Assembly: GCA_963704645.1 (NCBI GenBank)
Contig: OY969926.1
Location: forward strand, 224,001-288,000
Direction: 5' to 3'
From: an uncultured bacterium
GTDB taxonomy: Bacteria; Patescibacteriota; JACMRA01
Length of the DNA: 64,000 bases
Both the position numbers and the translations under genes were made by a program. Below the pieces are notes generated by a model that did no database searches, was not told where the DNA came from, and saw only the letters and a program-made list of their open reading frames with translations. Below are positions 1 through 13,275 of this stretch, piece after piece (within the stretch, counting starts at the first letter, position 1; the number at the start of each line of letters is the position of its first letter).

Positions 1-2
1 AA

Positions 3-773
3 ATTAATTATCTTTCCGAAGCCCACGATTTCCACAATTGTTTACTAACTATCCACGCTGGAACAGGTGGCATTGACGCCGAAGATTTTGCAGCTATGCT
101 GTGTGCAATGTATCAATCATTCTGTAAAAAACAAGGTTGGTATTCTCAAACTATTGCACTCTCAACTGGTCAAGAAGGAGGTCTAAAAACTATTACTTTA
201 GATATTCAGGGCGATTATGCTTATGGACTTTTGAAAGAAGAAGTTGGAGCGCACAGATTAGTTAGAATTTCTCCTTTTAATTCAGGTAAAACTAGAGAAA
301 CCAGTTTTGCTATGGTGGAAGTTTTACCTCAAGGGTTGGAAAAAGCTTCAAAAATTGAGCTTAAAGATGATGATTTGAAATGGGAATATACAACCGCAAG
401 TGGTCACGGTGGCCAAAGTGTTAATACTACCTATTCTGCTGTTAAATTAATTCACATACCAACTGGACTTACTGTTTCCTGCCAAAATGAACGTAGCCAA
501 GTTCAAAATAAACAACAAGCTTTAAAATATTTGAAAGACAAATTGGCAATTTTAGAGTGGGAAAGAGAACAAAAATTGAAACAGGAAATTAGAGGTGAAT
601 ACAATTCTGTAGAGTGGGGAAGTCAAATAAGAAATTATGTTTTACACCCTTACAAATTGGTTAAAGATGTTCGCAGTGGATGGGAAACTTCAGATGTTTT
701 AAAAGTTTTAGAAGAAGGTGAAATTTTGGATATAATTTGGTCGGTTAAAGCAGCCAAGTTTAGTGCCAAATAA
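3..773 (+). CDS. prfB: Peptide chain release factor 2 (5' part lies outside the window)
   Basis: Frame is open from position 3 (..IHAGTGGIDAEDFA..); RF2-specific SPF motif (RISPFNSG), GGQ, and WGSQIRNYVLHPY. Confidence 0.97.
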   Translation: MNYLSEAHDFHNCLLTIHAGTGGIDAEDFAAMLCAMYQSFCKKQGWYSQTIALSTGQEGGLKTITLDIQGDYAYGLLKEEVGAHRLVRISPFNSGKTRETSFAMVEVLPQGLEKASKIELKDDDLKWEYTTASGHGGQSVNTTYSAVKLIHIPTGLTVSCQNERSQVQNKQQALKYLKDKLAILEWEREQKLKQEIRGEYNSVEWGSQIRNYVLHPYKLVKDVRSGWETSDVLKVLEEGEILDIIWSVKAAKFSAK

Positions 774-3072
774 TTTCTAGATTTTCTAAATTGGAGTGCG
801 ACTTGTTAGACACTGACCTTTTATTATTTATACCCAATCTATTTATAATACTTTTTATATTTTGATTATCTCCAGTCAATTTCGTTGGGATAATAAACAA
901 ACGCCAACCGTGATACTCATCTTTATTAACCCATAAGTTTTGGTTATTTTTATGATTGTGTTTACAAATAATATCTAAACTTGGATTGGAAACATTCAAA
1001 CCAAACTTAAAGGCTTGAAATGCCAAGCAATTATCTATAGCAACTTGACCTAGGTTATAGTTTTTCGGAAAACACCAGTTTTTGTAATAACTAACCCAAA
1101 CATCTTGACTGGTAGAATACAATTGATTTAGCTTATTTATTCTACCCTCTGAATAAAGCTTACCATTTTGATACCTTGTAATTGCCCAAAAATCTTTCTC
1201 CTTTAAAACTTTTAGTTGGCTGCCAAAATCTTCATTAAACTGAATATCTGCGTTACTTAAAACTACAATATCTTTATTGTTAATTAGAGTAATATGATTA
1301 AACATTTCTTGAATATTCAAATTCTTTTCAGAGCTAATAAAGTGGATTTTACTTTTTAAAATTTCAACGCCAATGTGATTGTAATTAAAGCTATTTGGTG
1401 TGTCATTTTGGAGGTTGCTTTTTGAACTAAATTCAATATTAGCCTTATTCAAAGAATCTTTCAAAATATTCATCTTTAGCAAAGCAAATTTCACTTTTTC
1501 TAAAGTTTCTTGATCTTCTGAAAATAAATAAATTTCATCAAAAATGTTTAGTTTAATGTTATTTTGAATTGTGTGTAAAATTTCTTCAAATCGACTGTTA
1601 TCTTTATTCCTACCAAAGCTAGTTAGCCATATTATCTTATCCATACCTAATTGAGTTTCAATCTGAGTAACTCGATCAATTTCTTTTGGTGAATTTTTAG
1701 AGAATATATTAATCCAAAATAAGCCAAATCGGCCTCTTGAAATAAAATAAATAAATACTAGCATTATTGGTAAAATTCCTACTTCAACTATAATGTTAAT
1801 TAAACCAAAATGGGCTGGCTGAAAGGCCCAACTATATAATTCTGGTAAAGTATTTTTTAAAATAAAAGGTGAAGAACCCAATCCAGAACCAAACAAAATT
1901 TGCAAGGGTTGAATTTTAGTAAAAGCCTTACTCCACCAAAGAAATTCCTCAATTCTAAAAAAATCTGAAGAGCTTCTTCCCAACCAAATTATAGTAAAAA
2001 TAGATATAGTTAAGAAAAGCAAGATTATTTTAAGCCACATTTTTTTTACAGAAAGAAAAGCCCAATTCCAATTAAATTTAAGTGCATAAAGTAAGATTAG
2101 AAGAACTAAGCTAAGCCTGCTAAAACTTAAAAGTATTAAAGATGTTGAGACAACAATGAGCAGCTTGTTAAGAGTTTTATTCTTATTTAGATCTTCTTTC
2201 AAACTAAAAATACCGTTGCAGAATAAACCAATTAATCCCAGCATTCCTAAATTATTTGGATGAACCAGAAGGCCGTATCCTCGTAAAATTGCTGCCTTAA
2301 AATTTAAAAATTGAATATTTTGCCTAGCAAGTTCAGCTGTCTGGTAATTTTCACCTAACCAATTTAAACCTAGAAAGTGTGATGTAAAAACCTGGTATAT
2401 TGCTAAGCATAAATTGATAGTTAAGTATCCAATCAATATTTTATAAACCCAATTCCATGATTTGGTAGATTTTAACCACAACCAAAAAATTAGCAAAAAA
2501 AGTAAGGGAATTGGTAGCAAAAAATTCAAATAATCTAAACAAAAATACCCCAACAAAGCCAAACCACCAAATACCATCAGTCTGTAGCGGCGATGCCCCA
2601 TCGCCATTCCCGTTTTAAGAAACCCTTCATCAACACCATCCATAACTGACTTGAAGTTAGACACCCCCCTAGGATCCAAAAATAAAAAGTTTCCCTCATT
2701 CGAAACCAAAAAACCATAAATTTCAACAATTAAAAATATCCAAACCACTAAACTAGACCATACCAAAACAAAATGGAGCAATACTGAAATGTCTCTTAGG
2801 GGGTAAGCAAAAATTATGCTCTGAACAAATAATAATAAATTTAAAAACCAAATTTTTGAAGATGATTTTAAAACTATAATTAAGGCTGTGACAAAGATTA
2901 CTATTTGGGGCAGCGAAACATTTAAACCTAAAAAATAGCCAGTTGAAGAAATTCCAAAAAACTTATTCAAATTAAAACTGAAACTAAAAAATAATGCCAA
3001 AATTGAAAACAGCATTAACCCATAGTTTAAGCGTGTAGAATTTAGCCAGCCAGACCTTGAAATAAAATTCAT
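760..3072 (-). CDS. Polytopic O-antigen ligase/Wzy-like membrane protein fused to a C-terminal soluble glycosyltransferase-like domain
   Basis: Many TM segments; RGYGLLVHPNNLG, SFSR, FGSGLG and PAH motifs of the Wzy_C type; C-terminal VVLSNADIQF..SQDVW..DNCLA..NPSLDI. Confidence 0.6.
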   Translation of the reverse strand: MNFISRSGWLNSTRLNYGLMLFSILALFFSFSFNLNKFFGISSTGYFLGLNVSLPQIVIFVTALIIVLKSSSKIWFLNLLLFVQSIIFAYPLRDISVLLHFVLVWSSLVVWIFLIVEIYGFLVSNEGNFLFLDPRGVSNFKSVMDGVDEGFLKTGMAMGHRRYRLMVFGGLALLGYFCLDYLNFLLPIPLLFLLIFWLWLKSTKSWNWVYKILIGYLTINLCLAIYQVFTSHFLGLNWLGENYQTAELARQNIQFLNFKAAILRGYGLLVHPNNLGMLGLIGLFCNGIFSLKEDLNKNKTLNKLLIVVSTSLILLSFSRLSLVLLILLYALKFNWNWAFLSVKKMWLKIILLFLTISIFTIIWLGRSSSDFFRIEEFLWWSKAFTKIQPLQILFGSGLGSSPFILKNTLPELYSWAFQPAHFGLINIIVEVGILPIMLVFIYFISRGRFGLFWINIFSKNSPKEIDRVTQIETQLGMDKIIWLTSFGRNKDNSRFEEILHTIQNNIKLNIFDEIYLFSEDQETLEKVKFALLKMNILKDSLNKANIEFSSKSNLQNDTPNSFNYNHIGVEILKSKIHFISSEKNLNIQEMFNHITLINNKDIVVLSNADIQFNEDFGSQLKVLKEKDFWAITRYQNGKLYSEGRINKLNQLYSTSQDVWVSYYKNWCFPKNYNLGQVAIDNCLAFQAFKFGLNVSNPSLDIICKHNHKNNQNLWVNKDEYHGWRLFIIPTKLTGDNQNIKSIINRLGINNKRSVSNKSHSNLENLEIIWH
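2584..2605 (+). repeat. GTAG REP-like hairpin inside a CDS
   Basis: GTAGC-GGCGATG-CCC-CATCGCC, perfect 7-bp stem. Confidence 0.55.
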
Positions 3073-3174
3073 AAAATTTGAACTTGTATAAGTTGTTTAC
3101 TAATTTACAGGAAATTACAAGTTGCTGAAATTTACAATTGACAGGCAACCAAAAACTAACAAAATTGTATCATT

Positions 3175-4206
3175 ATGGCTTTAGGAAAAAGTTTAGGAAA
3201 TATATTAGGCGATTATTTTGGCCAAGAAACGGTAAATTTGCAAAATGTTGACGCAAATTTTGACCAAAACACTTCTATAGTTTTGCTTCCTATTAATAAA
3301 ATTCAATCCAGTCCTTACCAAACCAGATCAGTTTTTGAAGACAAGAAAATAAACAGTTTAGCAGAAAGTATTAAGGAGAGTGGTTTAATTCATCCAATTT
3401 TAGTTATAAAAAAAGATTTAGAGAGTACTGGGGAAGAAGTTAAACAGTTTGAATACATCTTGTTAGCCGGTGAACGTCGTTTAAGGGCTTGTAAAAGTTT
3501 AGGCTACACAAACATTCTAGCAATTGTAAAACCTTTTGAAAGTTTATCTAGCAAGCAACAGGCCATGTTAGCCGCTGTAGAAAACCTGCAACGGGAAGAT
3601 TTAAGCCCAATTGAAATGGCTGGAACTTTTCTAATGTTAATGCAAACCCAAAACTTTGATGAGCTTGAATTGGCCAATAATTTAGGGCACTCCTTGCAAT
3701 ACGTAAAAAATTACATTCGTTTGTTAACTTTAGATGGTAAAATTCAGCAAGCCCTTTTAGAAAGAAGTATTGGGGAAGGTCAAGCCAGGTTTTTAGTAGG
3801 CTTAGAACCAGAACTACAAAACAAAATTTTAGACTTTATTTTAGAACACAGCCTAACTGTTAAAGAAATTTCTGAATTAACTAGAAAAACCAAAGAAAAA
3901 ATTGGAGGATTGCAAGAAAAAATAAGCTTTATTGAATCAGAAAAAGCCAAATTAGATAATTTAAACAACCCAGCAGTTCAAGACGAGTCCAATAACAAGC
4001 CCGTAGGGGAGAATCTCGATTCTCCTATCTTAAACGAGGGTGAATTAAACAACACCAAAAAAGGCTCAAGTTCTTCTGTTCAACTAAGCCCTACAATAAT
4101 TATTAAAGCTCAAAAGCTAGCTGAAGCCTTTCCAAACGCAATTTTAAAATGCACTGGTTCAGATGAAGAAGGGAAAATTGTTATTTCTTGGAAGAAGGGC
4201 GAGTAG
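3175..4206 (+). CDS. parB: ParB/Spo0J chromosome partitioning protein
   Basis: N-terminal LGKSLG, PYQTR, AGERRLRA, ENLQREDLSPIE, HTH. Confidence 0.95.
   Translation: MALGKSLGNILGDYFGQETVNLQNVDANFDQNTSIVLLPINKIQSSPYQTRSVFEDKKINSLAESIKESGLIHPILVIKKDLESTGEEVKQFEYILLAGERRLRACKSLGYTNILAIVKPFESLSSKQQAMLAAVENLQREDLSPIEMAGTFLMLMQTQNFDELELANNLGHSLQYVKNYIRLLTLDGKIQQALLERSIGEGQARFLVGLEPELQNKILDFILEHSLTVKEISELTRKTKEKIGGLQEKISFIESEKAKLDNLNNPAVQDESNNKPVGENLDSPILNEGELNNTKKGSSSSVQLSPTIIIKAQKLAEAFPNAILKCTGSDEEGKIVISWKKGE
4003..4026 (+). repeat. GTAG REP-like hairpin inside parB
   Basis: GTAGG-GGAGAATC-TC-GATTCTCC inverted repeat. Confidence 0.55.
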
Positions 4207-4229
4207 TAGGGGAATGCTTGCCGTTCCTA
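4206..4229 (+). repeat. GTAG REP-like hairpin at the parB stop
   Basis: gtaggggaatgcttgccgttccta, 22/24 identical to the copy at 30523. Confidence 0.65.
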
Positions 4230-4324
4230 AAACACTTAACTTGATTTTAACACTTGCCTTACAGCAAAAAATGTGCACTTAGTTAGTTGCTGGTTTATTT
4301 ATACTATTTGGAGATTTACCTACT

Positions 4325-4567
4325 ATGGATGATATGGGAAGCGTTGCGAAGGAAGCAGAAGATCTGAAAAAGTTATCAGGTTTTGAAATTGACTATAGCT
4401 TGGAGGGTGAGTATTACTCTATTGTAAGAGTTTTTATTCCCGAAGGTAAAGAGAAAGATGTTCCTGTTAAAATCGATAGGCTCAAACCTGGCCCTATTGC
4501 TAAACATAGTTTCTTATCACTAAAACGAACTTTTGAACCATTCGGTGTAATCTTCGACAAAGTTTAA
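4325..4567 (+). CDS. Hypothetical small protein
   Basis: 80-aa ORF with GGAG at 4310-4313 and a downstream terminator. Confidence 0.6.
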   Translation: MDDMGSVAKEAEDLKKLSGFEIDYSLEGEYYSIVRVFIPEGKEKDVPVKIDRLKPGPIAKHSFLSLKRTFEPFGVIFDKV

Positions 4568-4602
4568 ACTACCTGATTAGAATAATTGGATATATATTTA
4601 TA

Positions 4603-4642
4603 TTACCCCCAAGCTAAACTAAAAGCAAGGGGGTATTTTTTT
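4603..4642 (+). terminator. Rho-independent terminator
   Basis: taccccc..gggggta stem followed by a T run. Confidence 0.65.
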
Positions 4643-4746
4643 GTTTTAAAAATTTTTATTTTAGAATAATCTTCGATGAGCTCTCTAAAGATTTAGGCTT
4701 TTCTTGTTTCATCCGTGAAGGTGACGTGGGAGTAGCCGGTACATGG

Positions 4747-5853
4747 TTACTCTACTTCCTCTGGTATAATTGCTTCTACTTCGGTTTTTTCTTCTATAGA
4801 ATTGATGCTAATTTCAATGTCTAGTAATTCTGAGGCTAAGCGTACGTTCACACCTCTTCTTCCTACTGCTAAAGATGCTTCTTCTGGGTAGCAGAAAATG
4901 TTAACCTTGTTTTCGTTTGTATCAAATTCAATTCTTTCAATTTCAGCTGGTTCCAAAGCATCCATAATCATTTCCTCTAATTCTTCTGGTCTGTTTTCTA
5001 CAACGTCAATTTTTTCAGACATAGTTACAGAAATTTCTCTCATAATGTTAATAATTCTAACATTCTTTCTGCCTAAAATTGTTCCAACTGGATCAACATT
5101 TTCATCTTCTGGAGCTGATACCAAAATTTTACTTCTTACACCTGCTTCACGGGCAATTTTGTCTATTACAACAATTCCTGCTTCAACTTCAGGAACTTCT
5201 TTAGCAATAATGGCTCTTATAAAATCTGGATGTGTTCTAGAAAGCTGCAATCTAGAGTTTCCACGTTCATCTTCACTAATATCTACTATTAGGGCTTTAA
5301 TGTTTTGACCTGGCTTAAACCTATCAGTAGGAAGTAAGTTTTCCTTGGCCATAAAACCACTGGTTTGAGCAAACTTAACAATGTAGCCACCTTTCCTAGA
5401 AAAATCTACTTCAACATTAATTACATCACCAATTTTGTCTTTGAACTGTTGTAAAATTTTTGTATGCTTAACATTGCTAATGCTTTGGCGCAAAACCTGC
5501 TTAGCTACTTGGGAAGCAATTCTACCAAAATTCATATCACTGTCATTAACAACGGGCTTTCTTAGGTTATCACCCATTTGGGCATTAGGATCTGAAAGTC
5601 TGGCTTCAACAAGGCTAATTTCACGAGCTGGATTTAAAACTTCCTCAACAACATGTGTAACTTCGTAAACGGTGTATTTTCCAGTTTGGCTGTTAAAGTC
5701 TCCTTCATAGGCTTTGTCTTTATCACCAAATTCTTTACGGTAAGCTCCGGCAAGCGAAGTTCCAATAGATTTAATAATTTCTTCTGGTTCCAAACCAATT
5801 TCAATTCCCAACAAGTCAATTTGTTCTTGTAGTTCAGCTAAGTTAAAGGGCAT
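4747..5853 (-). CDS. nusA: Transcription termination/antitermination factor NusA
   Basis: FGRIASQVAKQV, S1 domain, LSRTHPDF, AREAG, KH domains, AVGRRGVNVRLASEL; start moved to ATG at 5853. Confidence 0.96.
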   Translation of the reverse strand: MPFNLAELQEQIDLLGIEIGLEPEEIIKSIGTSLAGAYRKEFGDKDKAYEGDFNSQTGKYTVYEVTHVVEEVLNPAREISLVEARLSDPNAQMGDNLRKPVVNDSDMNFGRIASQVAKQVLRQSISNVKHTKILQQFKDKIGDVINVEVDFSRKGGYIVKFAQTSGFMAKENLLPTDRFKPGQNIKALIVDISEDERGNSRLQLSRTHPDFIRAIIAKEVPEVEAGIVVIDKIAREAGVRSKILVSAPEDENVDPVGTILGRKNVRIINIMREISVTMSEKIDVVENRPEELEEMIMDALEPAEIERIEFDTNENKVNIFCYPEEASLAVGRRGVNVRLASELLDIEISINSIEEKTEVEAIIPEEVE

Positions 5854-6022
5854 AGTAATGTGTAAATTTTTTAATGATGAAAAATGTCTAACTAATGTAC
5901 CCCTGGTAAGGGGTGAAACCAAAGGTTTCGGGGTAGTCAGCAAAATTTCCTAAATAAAAGAACCTCCAAATCGGGGTTCTATTTAATTTAAATCAATCCA
6001 ACAACTACGGAGTTGTCAAGGA

Positions 6023-6871
6023 TTAATGTGTTTTAATTTGGCATCTAATTCTACCATCAAATTTAGGTGCGGGGTGTTCATCACCAATTAACATAAATTG
6101 CCCAAAGGTTCTATTGTCACTTGAGGATATATTCCCAACATCCTCGCTAATTTTATCTTTTAGCAGTATTGTAGTTGGCCAACCATTATTCAAGTTAATA
6201 GCACTAGGGCTAATTTGGAATGCTAGCCCTGCACCCCAATCTTGTTTACCAATTGAATATTGTTTTGCTTGTCTAAATACATCTGGGCAAGATAATAATG
6301 CTTGTTTAAAAATAAGACCAGGCATTCTACTCTTAATTCTATTAAGGGCTGAATCAAATCCAATCGTGGAATCTTCTCCTGAAGTTCTTGCAATTTCTAC
6401 TTTAAAAGTTGGCACAAGTCCATCTTTATCTGATTTAACATTTTCAAAATCAAAAATGAATTTGGCTCTTATAACCGGGTTCTTAATATAATAAGAACTG
6501 GTTTCAGTGAAAAAAAGAAATTTTCCGATTGTGTATTTATATTCATCCTCATCAAGGCTGATTATTATTTCAGCAGGCGATACTTCTCGCAGTTGTTTAG
6601 CTTGAACAACCATTTTACTCCATTTACCTGATGACTGACCAGGCAAAAAACTAAAGTTAAAACATGATCCATCTAAGCAAACTGTTTTTTTAATAGAGTC
6701 CTTTATTTCCTCTACCTGAGCATTAACTTGTTTGTACAACTCATAGTTCAAGTCAGGAAGAAATTTGTGATACCCAAACCAAGCTAGAACTGGTAATAAA
6801 ATAAACATTACTCGTTTATATTTCCAAGGCTCATACCATTCTCTCATTTGTATCTCCAACTTGTTAATCAA
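6023..6871 (-). CDS. Hypothetical membrane-anchored exported protein
   Basis: 282-aa ORF, one N-terminal TM segment, several Cys. Confidence 0.6.
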   Translation of the reverse strand: MINKLEIQMREWYEPWKYKRVMFILLPVLAWFGYHKFLPDLNYELYKQVNAQVEEIKDSIKKTVCLDGSCFNFSFLPGQSSGKWSKMVVQAKQLREVSPAEIIISLDEDEYKYTIGKFLFFTETSSYYIKNPVIRAKFIFDFENVKSDKDGLVPTFKVEIARTSGEDSTIGFDSALNRIKSRMPGLIFKQALLSCPDVFRQAKQYSIGKQDWGAGLAFQISPSAINLNNGWPTTILLKDKISEDVGNISSSDNRTFGQFMLIGDEHPAPKFDGRIRCQIKTH

Positions 6872-6962
6872 ATACCCAGCACCTAATTATGAATCACATA
6901 AAAAGGGTATAGTCAAACTTTGGTTAGCAACAAAAAAAGGGCATAATTTGCCCCTTTATAAA

Positions 6963-7169
6963 TTAAAATTTACCAAAAATGTATCTAGCAAGTGTCACTT
7001 TACCAACTATATTTATCTCTTCAGATGGTCCAGGTCTCTTTTCCTCAGAAGGGGCCAAAACCATAGCAGCAATAATGACTGAAAGTAAAAAGATAGCTGA
7101 AATGATTACCAAAGCTTTTTGAAACCAATTAGCATTATCACTATGCATAAAACTGCACCAAATTAACAA
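6963..7169 (-). CDS. Small hypothetical membrane protein
   Basis: Single strong TM helix; terminator-like gggca..tgccc hairpin downstream near 6938-6954. Confidence 0.45.
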   Translation of the reverse strand: MLIWCSFMHSDNANWFQKALVIISAIFLLSVIIAAMVLAPSEEKRPGPSEEINIVGKVTLARYIFGKF

Positions 7170-7324
7170 ATCTTTTAATTTATAGCATATAATATTTGTT
7201 TTTGCAATTGATCATTGTTTACTAACAAAAAGTAATACTATAGCTTCTAAGCTGGTTATAAAATATTTAGATAAATAAAATGAGCAATTAACAAATAGTT
7301 GAACAGTAAGAATATTATAATTAT

Positions 7325-7585
7325 TTATTTTTTAACGAAATAATTCTTATGTAGGTAGTATATTAAAAATACAGACTGAAATACGAATGTACAAATAAGT
7401 AATGCGAAAACTAAATAATTCAAAAAGTAATAGTTCAGTTCAATACCCAAAAAATAACTTTTATAAAATTTTTCAAAATTTACATTCTCATCGGCCAGAA
7501 TTCCAAAAAATACTAGCGTTAGCAAACAAAGTAGTTCAACTAAAATTGTGTATGGTATAAAAGCTAGTTTAATTTATTTTTTCAT
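7325..7585 (-). pseudogene. Degraded small membrane protein gene
   Basis: ATG at 7585, in-frame TAA at codon 4, then a continuous hydrophobic frame to 7325. Confidence 0.4.
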
Positions 7586-7953
7586 ATAATTTCTTAATTA
7601 CATCCATGATGTCTTTAGTGCTAAATTTGTTTATTTGTAAATCTAGCTTGTCAATAGCTTACACATTGAAATTTAAAAAAGACAAACCAATAAAAAGCAG
7701 AATTGTTAATGAAATCACATTAATTTTGAAAAGTTTTATGAACATATTATATTATATTTTGTAACGAATATTACCCCAATAGCACCATATCAGCTATCTA
7801 GGGTCAAACAAAAACAATGTTCATATGTTGGACTGTATTGAAAACAAGCGAACAATCTTATGATAGTGTTATAACTCTTAGGTAAAGTTTATTACACCAA
7901 ATAGTTTGAAATTTTGATATAAAATATAAAAATGAGCAATTATCAATTAACGG

Positions 7954-8274
7954 CTATCTAGTAATATCAAAAAATCTAAAATTCATGTTCATTATTCCAA
8001 ACAAAGTAAATAAAATAAGTAATATTGCCAACACTAAATGAGCTAAAGCTAGCTTATTGTGAGTTTTTCTTAAATACAAATAATATGACAAATTTAAACC
8101 AAATCCAACAATGGCCGCAGCTCCTAAATTGTAATATTAACTAATAATATGCAAAGGCTGGTTTATTATTTCAGCAGTTTCTTTTGAAGTTACAGAATAC
8201 AAATACAAAACAATAATTGCTGCACAGTTGGCAAGATAAATTAAATATGTTTTCAGGGTTGTAGTTTGCTTCAT
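7954..8274 (-). pseudogene. Degraded small membrane protein gene
   Basis: MKQTTTLKTYLIYLANC.. frame of 107 codons broken by one TAA at 8137-8139. Confidence 0.5.
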
Positions 8275-8332
8275 ATATTAGTACTAAAAGTAAAATCGAA
8301 ATTAATCAATTCCATTTACAATGCATTTCACC

Positions 8333-8363
8333 AAAAAATAAATCCCCAACCGTTGCTGGGGAA
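8333..8363 (-). terminator. Terminator shared by the two receiver-like paralogs (copy 1)
   Basis: aaaaaataaatccccaaccgttgctgggga, near-identical to 8914-8946. Confidence 0.65.
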
Positions 8364-8382
8364 ATTAAAGAGTGAAATATTT

Positions 8383-8790
8383 CTAAAGATCTAAAACAAA
8401 TTGAACTACGTCTTCCAAATCTTCATGTGATAAACTTTCACAACCACTTTCGGGACAAGACAAGAATTTGGCATGATTATTTTGAGCTATCATATAAGAA
8501 ACCTTATCAAAAAATGCTTGATCTTTGCCAAGTCGAAATAAACAACGATCTAGTAAAATACTATTAGGGTCAAACCCAATCTTTTCTTTCATCCAAGAAA
8601 GAGTTTGGTTAAGGTCATTTGAAACCATAATACCAGGAATAGAATAAATTACCTGTTCATTTGATTGAGTAAAAATACATGCAGGATTAGAAAATAAGAA
8701 AGGAAATACTTCAAAATTATTGGTTCTAAGCAATTCAGCAATTATACTCAAATTATCAATTTCACTATCAACAACAGCAATTATCTTCAA
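8383..8790 (-). CDS. Divergent response-regulator receiver-like protein
   Basis: IIAVVDSE beta1, ILLDRCL beta3 with Asp; TTG start with GGAGG. Confidence 0.55.
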   Translation of the reverse strand: MKIIAVVDSEIDNLSIIAELLRTNNFEVFPFLFSNPACIFTQSNEQVIYSIPGIMVSNDLNQTLSWMKEKIGFDPNSILLDRCLFRLGKDQAFFDKVSYMIAQNNHAKFLSCPESGCESLSHEDLEDVVQFVLDL

Positions 8791-8913
8791 AATTAACCTC
8801 CATAAAACTTAGCAAAAATAATAAACCTTCTCAAGTTTGAATGATTAATTATAATTTAGTCAATTATGTTGGTTGTAATTCCATGGCGAAGCATAAATAT
8901 TAAATTTTAAACA

Positions 8914-8946
8914 AAAAAATAAATCCCCAACCGATGTTGGGGGGGT
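8914..8946 (-). terminator. Terminator shared by the two receiver-like paralogs (copy 2)
   Basis: aaaaaataaatccccaaccgatgttggggg. Confidence 0.65.
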
Positions 8947-8964
8947 GATAACCTCAAAAATATT

Positions 8965-9420
8965 TTAAGAAAAAAATGATTCTACTAGACTTAATAGATT
9001 CTGCTCTGCTTCCAACTTCATATCTTCATCATTAGAACGCAAATCATCTTTATCCTGGAATCTCGGGAATTTCCAACTTGCTGGTGGTGTTGATGAAGTG
9101 GACAAAAAATTGGCCTGGCATCCTCTTATTCTTTGATAAACATCATCGCCAGAAAATGGCTCTGACATTGATCCAAATAGAAAATAGTCTAGCAAAATTA
9201 GATTAGGCTGAACCTCATGGAATTTAGAAATAATTTCTGAAAAATTAACTGTGATTAACAGATTTGGTAGAGAGTCAACCCACTCCTGAGAGGAAATAAC
9301 AGAAGAAGAATTTGATTTTGTGACCCATATAGGATAAACCTCATAGCCTGCATTTTGTAATACTGCAACAATTGCAGCTAAGATACCTTTAACATCTTCA
9401 ATGACGAAAATTTTAACCAA
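8965..9420 (-). CDS. Single-domain response-regulator receiver-like protein
   Basis: KIFVIED, PNLILLDYFL, FSGDDV, FLSTSS, late Lys; TTG start with GGAG. Confidence 0.7.
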   Translation of the reverse strand: MVKIFVIEDVKGILAAIVAVLQNAGYEVYPIWVTKSNSSSVISSQEWVDSLPNLLITVNFSEIISKFHEVQPNLILLDYFLFGSMSEPFSGDDVYQRIRGCQANFLSTSSTPPASWKFPRFQDKDDLRSNDEDMKLEAEQNLLSLVESFFS

Positions 9421-10026
9421 AGTCCTAACTCCGTGAATTTCAAATTTAGAAAAGAAATATCTAAATCTCTTCCAGTGTATGCACTTATTTATGCTTTAGT
9501 CAATTGTATAAAAGGTTTCTTGAGAATTAAATATTTGATTTATGGATACATATAAAACTATATTTTTATGAAACAGCATTCGATATATTTAAGTAGAATA
9601 TTAATTTATTGCTAGAAACAATTGGTATTGGATCATAATTCGAAGAAAGCATCTTAAATTGTTTATGTTTAAATTTCAAGAATAGACTTAATTAATAATA
9701 AACTTAGTACAGTGTAAAATGACTTCATATAAGTTAAAATAAAAGCATTGATAGAGATAAATAATACACTTTTATATTTCGTAGATTCAATGAGCAAATT
9801 AGTACTATTATTAAAGAAAGCTTAAAAATTTATGAAAATTTAGTGCGGTGGTACATCCCATCAACCTACGATTGGTACCTCTCTATTTAGGGAAATGATT
9901 ATTTTTAGGAAAAAGTGTAAAATTAGTTTTCAAATTATTCATAGTATACCTGATCTCCAATATCGTAATTTAGAAATAAATAAAACCCGATTACGGGGAA
10001 ATATTTAAAAACTGTAGTTTTTCAAC

Positions 10027-10043
10027 TTACAGCTGGATTTTAG
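10027..10043 (-). promoter_or_regulatory. 3' arm of the 23S precursor processing stem
   Basis: ttacagctggattttag is the exact reverse complement of 13195-13211. Confidence 0.8.
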
Positions 10044-10074
10044 CGTTCTTGTTTTAAATTAAAAAACTAGAAAA

Positions 10075-13111
<3,037 letters not shown>

Positions 13112-13194
13112 TTTTATAGATCTTTAATTTTTTTCGAACTTACACGGTTATTAAGATTTAGTATTGCTACTACTCTTACTACCGCGATTTCTTA

Positions 13195-13211
13195 CTAAAA
13201 TCCAGCTGTAA
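13195..13211 (-). promoter_or_regulatory. 5' arm of the 23S precursor processing stem
   Basis: ctaaaatccagctgtaa pairs with 10027-10043. Confidence 0.8.
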
Positions 13212-13275
13212 ATTGACTATCTAAAGTGCTGAATATTAGCATATTAGTAGCTCTTTAAAAGAGACAAAAAATTCT

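Noticed and set aside
9840-9865. tagtgcggtggtacatccc resembling the start of 5S rRNA
   Set aside because: Wrong strand relative to 23S, lacks the CCGAAC loop and the closing stem
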